Origin: Octopus sinensis
Taxonomy: Eukaryota
DNA length: 64,000 nucleotides
Assembly (NCBI RefSeq): GCF_006345805.1
Contig: NC_043004.1
Coordinates: 63,364,001-63,428,000, forward strand
Reading direction: 5' to 3'
Under the pieces are notes generated by a model, which worked only from the letters and a program-made list of their open reading frames with translations, was not told where the DNA came from and searched no databases. How positions within the stretch are numbered: position 1 is the stretch's first letter; every line of letters starts with the position of its first letter. This document shows, piece after piece, positions 13,012 to 23,909 of this stretch. Made by a program: the position numbers and the translations under genes.

Positions 13012-13438
13012 CATATACATACACACACATATATACATATACACATATATGTACATATACACACATATTCACATATATATACATATATATACACATATAC
13101 ATACATACATATACATATATATATATACACACACATACACATACACACATATATACATATATACACATACATATACACACATACTCATGCACACACATAT
13201 ATATACATACATACACATACACATACATATACACATATACATACATATACACATGCACATACGTATAACTCTACATACCTACATATACATATATATATAT
13301 ACACATATACATACACACACATATATATATATATACACATATATATATACCCATCTACAATCTGTGTATACACACACATACATGCACATACACATAACTC
13401 TACATACCTACATATACATCGACATACTCACGTACACT

Positions 13439-13476
<38 letters not shown>

Positions 13477-13586
13477 CATATACACGCACATATACATATA
13501 CATATACATATAAATATACATATAACACACATATATATATATCACACACACACACACATACACATACCTATATATATATATATACA

Positions 13587-13634
<48 letters not shown>

Positions 13635-13648
13635 GTATATATATATAT

Positions 13649-13819
13649 CAACAATAGAGGGTAAAGTTAATTAGTTATTAATCAATTTCACCAAGTATTC
13701 AGTATGTAAAAGGACCATTATATTTGAGTAAACATGTCTTAGAGAAATTTTCTTTAAGTAGTGGAAATGGCTAAAAAACTTATTGGCTGCTATTTCTAGA
13801 AAGTTCAGTGTGTGGCAAA
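13649..13819. repeat. unclassified ~170-bp repeat, copy 2
   Basis: Direct repeat of 12610-12779. Confidence 0.8.
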
Positions 13820-14448
13820 GTGATTTATTTTACTAAGCCCTAATTATATAATATTTTATATATACATACACATATATACACACATACATATACACATACA
13901 CATGCATATACACATATATACATATATACATATATACACACACACACACATACATATATATTTTTTTTTTTACATACATACACACACACACACATAATAC
14001 ATGCGTATATTCCTACTATACCCATACATTTCTATACATACATTTCTATACATATATACGATACACATATACAGGCGTACACATACAATATGTGAAAGGT
14101 CTTAGGAGAAAAGGTAATCGGGTGTGCTAGGGGAACGGTGGGATTGGGGGGGTTTGTGGGTGGGGTGTCATCAATCTGGTTGCCGGGTAGGTCTATAGTT
14201 CTTGTAGTTTGCATAATTCTTATGCATGCAATTTGGGGAGTGTTCTGACACTCACTCATTCGTACACTCATACACATACACGCACGCACGCGTTATATTC
14301 ATACATACATACATCTACATACATTCACATATATACACATACGTACGCGTATCTACAGATTCATGTCTACACGCTTAGAAGACTAGTCCATACATATACA
14401 ACAATAAATATATATACACACATACATAACCTACATACAAATACATAC

Positions 14449-14489
<41 letters not shown>

Positions 14490-14659
14490 CGTATATATAC
14501 TTACATACATACACCCATACATACATACACCCATACATACATACATATATATATACACACACCCGCACATATACATATACATACATATACGCGCATACAT
14601 ACACATACATACACATACATACACATACACATACACATATATATACACATATATATACA

Positions 14660-14695
<36 letters not shown>

Positions 14696-14844
14696 ATGTG
14701 CGTATGTGTATGTGTGTGTATGTATATATTTTTGTGTGTATATGTATGTGTGGTCGTGTGTGTATATATACATGTGTGTGTGTGTATATATATGTGCATA
14801 TATATGTATATATATGTATATATATATATATATATGTGTACGTG

Positions 14845-14876
<32 letters not shown>

Positions 14877-14939
14877 TGTGTGTGTGTATGTGTGTATGTA
14901 TATGTGTGTGTGTGTGTATATATATACATATGTGTATAT

Positions 14940-15217
14940 GTATAAGTGAGAATCTCCTTATTTACCTAAAACTCTATTCTTCTATATATTTTTTATTCTT
15001 TTATTTATTCCTTTATCTAATTTACTACTGACTCCTTGACCACTCCCCCAAGTATGATATTTTTGCTCTATGCCTAACCCAAAAAGTCCCCCACCACCAC
15101 CCCTTTAAACCTGTAAATGTATAAATGCCAATACAATTCTTGTTAACTAGCTTCCTGATGATTTCTCTTGAATGAAACAGTTCTAGTCCTGTAGAAGCTC
15201 CTTCTATATAATAAATG
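14940..15217 (+). mobile_element. pLTR-like repeat, inverted copy of 10170-10452
   Basis: gtataagtgagaatctcc...cttctatataataaat is the reverse complement of 10171-10452. Confidence 0.6.
15149..15199 (+). ncRNA. minimal type I hammerhead ribozyme, predicted cleavage after GUA (A15193)
   Basis: Stem I agcttc/gaagct (6 bp), core CUGAUGA, stem II UUC/GAA with UCUU loop, GAAA, stem III ACAG/CUGU (4 bp), GUA triplet. Confidence 0.75.
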
Positions 15218-15252
<35 letters not shown>

Positions 15253-15264
15253 TATATATATGTG

Positions 15265-15298
<34 letters not shown>

Positions 15299-15656
15299 GT
15301 ATATATATATATTTGTACTTTTTGTTCGAGTATGCATGTGAATGGGTGTACATGTTTCTGGGCATGTGGGTTTATATATGCATATGCATTTGTGAATCTG
15401 GGTGTGTTTGTATATATGTACTTATATGCACATGTGCACGTGTGTATACGTATGTATGTATGCATATGTAAGCAGATGTGTGTACGCATGAACTTGGGCG
15501 AACATGTACGGACGCATACATGTGGGTGTGTAGCATGTGTGTGTGTGTGTATGTGTATGGGTATCATTGTATATGTGTATGCATGTACATATACATATAT
15601 ATATATATCTACATGTGTGTGTATATGTGTGGGTAGGGATATATATATATATATAT

Positions 15657-15690
<34 letters not shown>

Positions 15691-15917
15691 TGTGTATATA
15701 TGTTTGGGTGTATGTGTGTGAGTATATATATACATATATGTGTACATATATATGAATATACTTACTTATGTGTGTGTGGGGGGGTATGCGTATGTGCGTG
15801 TATACGTAGGTATCTGCATGTATGTGTATGCACGTTTTTTGTTTGTGTGTATGTGTATGTATATATATATATATATGTATATCTGTACGTGCGTGTGTGT
15901 ATATGTGTGTATATGTG

Positions 15918-15954
<37 letters not shown>

Positions 15955-16029
15955 GTGGATTTGTGTATGTGTATGTATGTATATGTGTATGCGTGTACGT
16001 GCTTATATATGGGTGTATATATATATATA

Positions 16030-16061
<32 letters not shown>

Positions 16062-16505
16062 CATTTATGTGTATATGTATATGTGCATATGTTGATTGAT
16101 TATAACACCGCTCCGGACTATCATCAGACGCTTTTATATGTGAAAGTAGATAAGTATATAGACACACACGCACATACACACTCATCACACTTAGAGCATG
16201 TAGCTTAGAATGACCATTCGCCCACTACCATATCGCTCCCCAGATAATTAAAATTTAATTTACGACACTCACCACGACGTCAAAATCCTAACCCGCCATC
16301 TCTAACCGCCATGTATTTTTCTGTATCTCTTTATTCTTATCTCACTTTATCTTTATGTTCACTTTTTTATTTATTTATCTTATTACTTTATTCTTCGTCT
16401 TTATTTTTCGCTTTTTTTATTTTTAATTCCTGTTATTTTTTATTTCCTTTTACACTTTCACAATACATTTCTAGAATGTAATAATTTAGTGTTTTACTTT
16501 GAACA

Positions 16506-16975
16506 TACAACATCTCGAAAGAGTTCAGAAGCTGGCTACCCGCATGGTTTATGGCCTCAAAAATTTGTCCTATGAAGAAAGGCTGAGGACGCTCGACCTT
16601 TATTGTCTAGAAAAACGCCGCCGACGTGGTGATCTCATTCTCGCCCACAGCATCATAAGCGGAAAGTGTAACCTCTTGAAAGAGATGTTCTTCCCTCCTG
16701 CTCCAGAGCGTCGGCTGCGGGGTCATTCCGAAAAGCTCTACCTGCGACGATTTCATCTCAATCGAAGGAGAGGAGCTTTCTCCGTCCGGGTTGCGGATCC
16801 GTGGAACAAGCTGCCAGACGAGATGGTGAAGATGCCGACGACCGCTTTGTTCAAAGCCTCCCTTGACCTCAAGTGGCCTGAACTCTTTACATGAACACCA
16901 CCCTGTACTTAACTCCATGTCCCCCTACATGGCCTTGCTATTTGCTTTTGAGCCAAATTAACTAACTAACTAACT
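16506..16975 (+). mobile_element. CR1-type LINE, 5'-truncated, with (TAAC)n tail
   Basis: LERVQKLATRMVYGLKNLSYEERL..LDLYCLEKRRRRGDLI...FSVRVADPWNKLP; the empty paralogous site is at ~9786. Confidence 0.9.
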
Positions 16976-17062
16976 AACACTAAGATGGAAATATAAATTA
17001 ACAAGTTCCAAAATGACGACTCTTAAAGAGCAGAAATTACAAGGGGAACACAGCGAAATATG

Positions 17063-17263
17063 TACGATGGGCTGCTGAAATGTTTCGGGTATTACGGGTA
17101 TCGCGAAAGATCTCGTGGGAGACTGAAATTCCGAATTCTTTTACAGGATTTACAAAAAACTGAAGAACTGTTGCAATAAGTTAGCAAATCTGGGAGGGGA
17201 ATATTATAAATATAATCATAATTAACAGATCCTAAGCCATGGAATTTTGAGCACTACCTCGTA
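17063..17263. mobile_element. decayed mariner-derived MITE
   Basis: TA-flanked imperfect TIRs tacgatgggctgctgaaa ... ttttgagcactacctcgta (mariner TACGAGGG-type ends); paralogues at 37607-37783 and 55690-55890. Confidence 0.6.
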
Positions 17264-17315
17264 TATAACTCCGAAATGGTAAGATTGAATATTTTTTATT
17301 CTTAACTACACATTA

Positions 17316-17703
17316 GGCGCAGGAGTGGCTGTGTGGTAAGTAGCTTGCTAACCAACCACATGGTTCCGGGTTCAGTGCCACTGCGTGGCATCTTAGGCAG
17401 GTGTATTCTGCTATAGCCTCGGGCCGACCAAAGCCTTGTGAGTGGATTTGGTAGACGGAAACCGAAAGAAGCCCGTCGAATATATATCTATATATATATG
17501 TATGTGTTTGTGTGTCTGTGTTTGTCCCCCTAGCATTGCTTGATAAACGATGTTGGTGTGTTTACGTCCCCGTCACTTAGTGGTTCGGCAAAAGAGACCG
17601 ATAGAATAAGTACTGGGCTTACAAAGAATAAGTCCTGGGGTCGATTTGCTCGACTAAAGGCGGTGCTCCAGCATGGCCAAAGTCATATGACTGAAACAAG
17701 TAA
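17316..17703 (+). mobile_element. tRNA-derived SINE (second family), essentially full length
   Basis: Head ggcgcaggagtggctgtgtggtaag with B-box-like ggttcagtgcc; internal (AT/GT) tract; 3' tail aaggcggtgctccagcatggcc...tgactgaaacaagtaa. Absent from the paralogue at ~37835. Confidence 0.85.
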
Positions 17704-17719
17704 TATAGTAAAATAGTAA

Positions 17720-19140
17720 AAGAGTATTTTTGCGTAGGCAACTGATATTCCGAAGATATTTTAATATATTTCTCTTTACCAACAATCTTCACGGGATTCT
17801 ATACAAATCATGATCTACGATGCAGTTGTTTGAATGAAATCGAATTAGGTTTTATTTCAATTCGTGGAATATATTTTATTCACACTGACATAAAGAAATG
17901 TTGACTGGGCATATCGGATACTGAAGTCAGAAGGCTAAATCATGTGACACGTATATCGGATTGTATTTTGAATGCTACAAGTTATCCTATCCACTTACGC
18001 CACTTTGAGTATGTAACATATGGTTACGAACACGCATTAATTTCGATAATACTTTCTCATATACCACTCAAAAAATATGTTGTTACCAATTCATTTTTCT
18101 TTATAGATATTGTATATATCAATGCGTCAGAGGCGCAATGGCCCAGTGGTTAGGGCAGCGGACTCGCGGTCATAGGATCGCGCTTTCGATTCCTAGACCG
18201 GGCGTTGTGAGTGTTTATTGAGCGAAAACACCTAAAGCTCCACGAGGCTCCGGCAGGGGATGGTGGTGATCCCTGCTGTACTCTTTCACCACAACCTTCT
18301 CTCACTTTTACTTCCTGTTTCTGTTGTACCTGTATTTCAAAGGGCCGGCCTTGTAACTCTCTGTGTCACGCTGAATATCCCCGAGAACTACGTTAAGGGT
18401 ACACGTGTCTGTGGAGTGCACAGCCACTTACACGTTAATTTCACGAGCAGGCTGTTCCGTTGATTCGGATCAACCGGAACCCTCGTCGTCGTGACCGACG
18501 GAGTGCTCCTATATCAATGCGTCAGTCATATTGTGTGCACATACACAAAGATACATACACGGTGAGGGCTACTGGCAAGGAACTGTTCAGCACGAGCACA
18601 TTCGTTACATATTTTATATATTGAAGAGGACCGATTCGTGTCTGCACAGACAGACGAAAATGGTTATCTGCAGGGTTAGCTAATGCCCCTAGATAGATGC
18701 ACATTATGTCTCTAGCGAACGTGGTAGTTTTAAGTGTAGTCGGTACTGAAGGTACGATTTCCCAGGTTTTATATTGGTGAATAAGTTGAATAATATCGGA
18801 GGTTGTTGTTAAATTCTTTTGGATGTAGGAAGCGGTGGAAGGCTTTACACAAATCATAGGAAACTTTAGTATGGCCACCAGACATTGTTTATGGTTATGA
18901 AACATATGGCTAGTTTACTTAAAACTTACCAGATTTAAACTCAGTGAAATACATTTAGATTTTTACTGCTAGTAAGAATTCATGTCAAGTCTTCGATGCT
19001 CAAGTTGCCTGAAATTCTATCGAGAGCTTTCAAACATTTTCTAATAACGTAAATTTAGACTACACTAGATTGGAATTGCTTCAGGTAATTATAAAATATA
19101 TCCTGAAATACCTCTTGCAAATTGTTCAACTGCAGACACA
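17720..19140 (-). pseudogene. decayed paralogous segment, possibly an ancient protein-coding exon (class A GPCR-like motifs, tentative)
   Basis: Homologous to 35265-36025, 33496-33790, 37840-38460, 55010-55640 and 56905-57435. Scattered frameshifted motifs: MCIYLGALAN, TLMHIFLM..NLA..RD, TD(A/T)Y, LIHTNAS. Stops in every frame. Confidence 0.25.
18131..18509 (+). mobile_element. tRNA-derived SINE (third family), full length, 16-bp TSD
   Basis: tRNA-like head with A box tggcccagtgg and B-box-like tttcgattcc; TSD tatatcaatgcgtcag at 18115-18130 and 18510-18525. Confidence 0.92.
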
Positions 19141-19284
19141 AACCGAAACACACACACACGCGAGCACAAAATATCATACACCCATATATGGATGTGCGTA
19201 TGCATATTTAGACAATACTTATACACACATACAGGCCCCTACATTTGTCGATATAAATACCCATATATATGTGTGTATATGCAC

Positions 19285-19401
<117 letters not shown>

Positions 19402-19559
19402 TCTCCGTGTATTTGGGTAGGTTCGTGCTCTAGGCGTGTGTGTAAAAGTATGTATGTTTCTCTCTTTGGATCAATTGGTGGGGAATCGAATCACGAGCAA
19501 AAGCATATATGCTATATATGATTACTGAAGATATGATACCACTAGATAACACGGGATTT

Positions 19560-20600
19560 GGAGCCTAGCATATCAGATCTACTTTCATGTCAATACCTAT
19601 GGTCGATTTTTCATATTCCATCAGTTCTCCCAGTTTTCTGTTATCTGCTCCGATTGCCAAGATCTTTTCGTTGTATACAGCAACCAAAAGCATGCAAGGA
19701 TTGATGCCTCAATTATTTACTGTTACTTTTTTCTTTATCCAACATGTTCAGGTAGCAGTTATATATTTCTAAATAAATTACACCCATGTAATCAAAGAGA
19801 AGTGACCCAAGCCGAGATACTCAGGCGTCTCACGAAAGCGGCGATTGAGTGAAGTTCTCTGGTGATCTGCCTCAGAATAATCGTATTGAATGGTGTTGCA
19901 GGTATACATCACCATATTCGTATCCCAGTGTTCATAGTTTTAAATCTAGGTATAATCGTTCACTTTGTTCATTGCTGGTTAACAACTAAGTGTGACAAAT
20001 TATCAAAGTGGTTCTGAAGGTAATGCATTTTGATGATTTTAGATTGATGATATTAGATTGATATTTTGATTGATATTAGAGTGAAGTTGAAAGAAAAGAA
20101 AGCATGTTCTCTACAATTTCAAAGTGGTTACCTGCTTTATGAACTGCCAAGTAATATCTTTGCAACCAGTGTGAAGAATGACCGTTCATTTGTCTCAGGA
20201 AATTGAAGCCCGTCGAAAATACCTTCTTCTTCATGCTCAACAGTAAGAATGCCCTGCATATTTAATTATAACTGCCATCTGTTCTACTCAAAGCCTTCAC
20301 AAACGCATTATGAATATGACATTAAATAATCTTATCAATTTCATCCAACCTCTCATGTTTTCTCTCAGATGTTATTGTCTATCACTCAGTTTCCATACTA
20401 GATTTACTATGCCAGAGGCTAATAAAGCAGGTATTCTTGTTACATCTACTCAGCAATTTCAGGAAACAAATCAACGATCGGAACATTCATAGAGTTTAGA
20501 ACTTAGTCACCGTAGTATGATATCGTTTGTAAAACCAGGGCGTTTGTGTCGTGATACTCAATCACTTAGCAGAGGGACTATTTCTCATTCATCCATCATA
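19560..20600 (-). mobile_element. very decayed RTE-like LINE remnant
   Basis: Weak frameshifted resemblance to RTE RT and C-terminus (NVPIVDLF; ITENWE). Confidence 0.25.
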
Positions 20601-22039
20601 ATTGCTATTAGGTAGAAACATCTATTTTATGCGTCATATGGAACTCTTTGAATAGTCACCATTCTCTTGGCACATATATAAATATACCAACTTCTCCAAT
20701 GAAGCATTGAATATCATTGCAATAAAACGAAATCCTTGTATTTGAGTGTACTCGTGTGTGCGTGGGTGAGTGTGCACGTGTGTATCTGTTTGCGTGCTCA
20801 TGTGAGTGAGTGTGTGAGTACTATGTGTGTGAATGTTTGTGTGAGTGTATCTGTGGTGTGTGTGTGGTGTGTATGTGTATGTGTGTGTGTGTGTGTGTTG
20901 TGTGTGTGCGTTCTCAATCTATATCGAGAATATCAGTCCGCAACCGTCCACCTCATAGCCATCCGATGCATGCGATAGTACGCACATATACTCTGCGTCC
21001 CTACTGGTCAGTCTACAATGGTCGTATTCTTCTTCGATGCACTAGCCCCACGGTGCAAGCCTATCCGTGGCGAGTTCCGTGCCGTATATTTGGACGTGAT
21101 TAAGCAAGGTATCCAATTGATCTACGTCATTTTCTTGTACAGGTGAGTTTATAACCTAGTTTCACCTCCCTGAATATACAAAAACATCCTAGTTCGAATC
21201 TGTGTTTAATTCATATTCTCGTCCCAAAATAAGATTGATATATCGACAGGATACAGAAATGATCAAGGGTAAGTATGAAATAATTTTAGAAAGAGACCAT
21301 CGACATTCTGTGGTTTATGTTACGCACAAAAATTAAAATACCCGTGAAAGAATGAAGATTAATTATTAACTGAAGAGTAGAAATTTAGAAATGGGCACAT
21401 GAATCAAGGAAAATATCTATTAAAATAGATATCACATAATGATATGACATAATGCTCTTGGTATGTGATGATCGTATACAGAGAAAGGAATTGGGGAACA
21501 ATATTTTTATAAATGTATTTATATAACGGATGCCATAACGAAGGGGCGTTTAAATATTACAATAAACAAATACTTACTCTCTAAGGAAAATATCTATTAA
21601 AAGACATTCTTGAATGGAATGTGCTATATCTTTGACAATGAATCAGTTATTTCCTCCATCAGCCATTACATGAAAGGTAATATTTCACTGATCATTCGTC
21701 TTTACTGTATTCTAGCAATTATTTGCTGCTTCAAAACACTAGTGTCTGCCTATTATATCAAATCAGGACACTCCTTATTTTGATAACTTCTGTTGTCAAA
21801 ATTGACCATAAATGTTGTTTTGATACGAGTACTGTGGTCCCTGACATCCTGTGTATTTAATTGGCTGTATTGGATTCAATTGAATAGCCGTTCGTGGCAT
21901 CCTGTATGGATAACCACACATACATGTATATATACCCACATTTTTAGGCAGGTATGTATGTACGTACGTGAGTATGTATGTATGTAAGCATGTATGTACG
22001 TGTGTATGTATGTAAGCATGTATGTATGCATGTATGTAT

Positions 22040-22235
22040 AGCGTATAAGATGGAGGTTGTCCTGGATAGATCTGCCGCCGATTAGTCCACACGCGATACG
22101 CGCCAACATTTCTGCTAATACCTTGGCCAAAATCTTCAAATTTCAATTAAGAGGAGTGATGGGCCTCAAATTGTCTATTTTATCCCCGTTGTTTGAGTCC
22201 TTTCTTAGTAGCACCACGATCCCCCGGCAAACAGA
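22040..22235 (-). mobile_element. Tx1-clade RT fragment
   Basis: FRPIT...KILAKVLA...GGRSIQDNLHLIRY, matching the RT of the 29-32 kb and 59-64 kb elements; duplicated at 24603-24795. Confidence 0.85.
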
Positions 22236-22639
22236 TTTGGGTATTAATAAATTTTATGTAGCATTAAATGATTTCATCATAATATACATCAATGTATAAT
22301 GAGTCAAACTTCTAAACGTTAAAATTTAAACAGATTAGATTTTACAGGCAAATTTTGTTGGGCTATTCTGCGTTGCAGGCGTTTATACCCACGCAAGTGT
22401 CTTAGATTTAAGAAACCATTTTTATATACTTACTTCTACCTCAGTGAATTCGTAGTGAGCTACATTTGGTAATATAGTATTCTATGGTATACGTTATCCA
22501 TTCCTTGTAATGGCAGAATAAGGAAGTAGTGAAGTATTGATATTTTCAAGAATACACATATACTTTGTATCTATGTATAGTACCATTTTTATAATGTTAT
22601 CCGTCGTGGTTTCAAAATGCAAATCAACTTAGTGAAACC

Positions 22640-23360
22640 AACGTAGGACTGGATTTTGTCAGAAGAAACTTTAAGGCAAATTGATTCAGCTTTCTGTACT
22701 TAGTGAAAGGAGTGCATTCCTTGAGACATTAGGAAGCACTGCAACATATATTACCTGAAACATTTTCAAAATTCAGGACTGTAATCTTAGTTACATCTAT
22801 GGTTGCACCAGAACTCAATGTTTCACCATCCGGTCAAATATACTGGACATGCAAATACTGGTTTTATTTGGAGCATCCCTGACGGAGCCAGATCGGAGTG
22901 GGAATCAGTCAGATGCTGGCTGCAGTATGAATTGCGTGAAGGTCGCAATCAGCCTAACCGCTACAGAATTATGCCTCGTAACACCAGAATTCTTTTGAAC
23001 ACTTCCCTGTCCATCAAGTGAAAAGACTTACTGATGTCAATATAGCCAGCAAGCAGCTCCAAACGAGAGCTTCGCACAAGTTAGATGAGTAATTCGAAAG
23101 TAACTACCTGGTCTATAGTTCATCTATCTTGTGTAAATTCTGAAACCTCCCGCTGCTGAAATGAGAGGCATGCAGATTATTTCGCCCTCTCTTGAGAACA
23201 ACTATGCCAAATCTCTAGGGCAAGAAGGTGAGTACAACATTTGAACAGAATTTACGGTTTTGGTTTTCATCTTTACATTTCTTGGCAAAGACAGAAAGCT
23301 ACTGCTACAAATAAAGCATATGACCTGTTTTCCTAATGGATAGTCAGTCAGCAACCAGAG
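22640..23360 (-). mobile_element. decayed RTE-clade RT remnant
   Basis: LLAGYIDISKSF..MDRE...RILVLRGI, FPLRSGSVR, GATIDVTKITVLNF; duplicated at 25200-25925, homologous to 42380-43150. Confidence 0.6.
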
Positions 23361-23909
23361 AGAGAGAGAGAGTTGTGCAAGGTATTACATACATGGTAAT
23401 TATCAGCAATAAGGATTGTCAAGTGAAATACGTGAGAAAATAAGATGTATAAACCGGAGTGAGGATATAAATATGTCGGTAGCGAAGAACTTACGGGACA
23501 TTCGAAGAATCTGCATTGTCTTCATCCCCTCTTAATCTGAAATATAAAAGGAAAGCAGAAACATATATTACTGCTGTGATTTCTGTAGTTGGCTTATGGA
23601 ATAAAATACAACATTAAGAAATGATTGAACACTGGTGTCGATGTAATCGACTTACATCTTTCCCAATAACGGATGGCATTGTTTCAGACATTGAGAGCAA
23701 TATGGAAAGATTTGAACGGAGAGCTTGCAGAATAGTTTGCCATGCAGAGAGTTCAGCATCATTTTGCCCATGCTTACGTTCTTAGCTGTGGATTAATTCG
23801 CCTTTGATACTTGATGAGTGATAAAATAAGAAAAGTTGAATCACTAGTGACAATATAATCAATGTAAACACTTCTCCGACATATGCTGAAATTCTTCCCA
23901 TATTTGAAA

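Larger units (their letters stand above)
10440..16100. repeat. compound (AT)n/(AC)n/(ATAC)n microsatellite field with internal duplications
   Basis: Directly visible; all long YI/HT/VC ORFs here derive from it. Confidence 0.95.
21170..23473. repeat. tandem segmental duplication, copy 1
   Basis: Colinear with 23910-26040; carries an extra 157-bp insert. Confidence 0.95.

Noticed and set aside
16095-16150. CTGATGA on the minus strand suggesting a third hammerhead
   Set aside because: No GAAA core or stems I and III at suitable spacing.
10350-16200. Dozens of long ORFs (up to 263 aa) rich in Y/I/H/T or V/C/M/Y
   Set aside because: They are translations of (AT)n, (AC)n and (ATAC)n repeats, which lack stop codons. 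The same applies at 5.2-6.3, 33-37, 38.6-39.4, 49.8-50.2 and 53.6-58 kb.
18131-18205. tRNA gene
   Set aside because: It is the tRNA-derived head of a SINE, with body, tail and TSD; the cloverleaf is incomplete.
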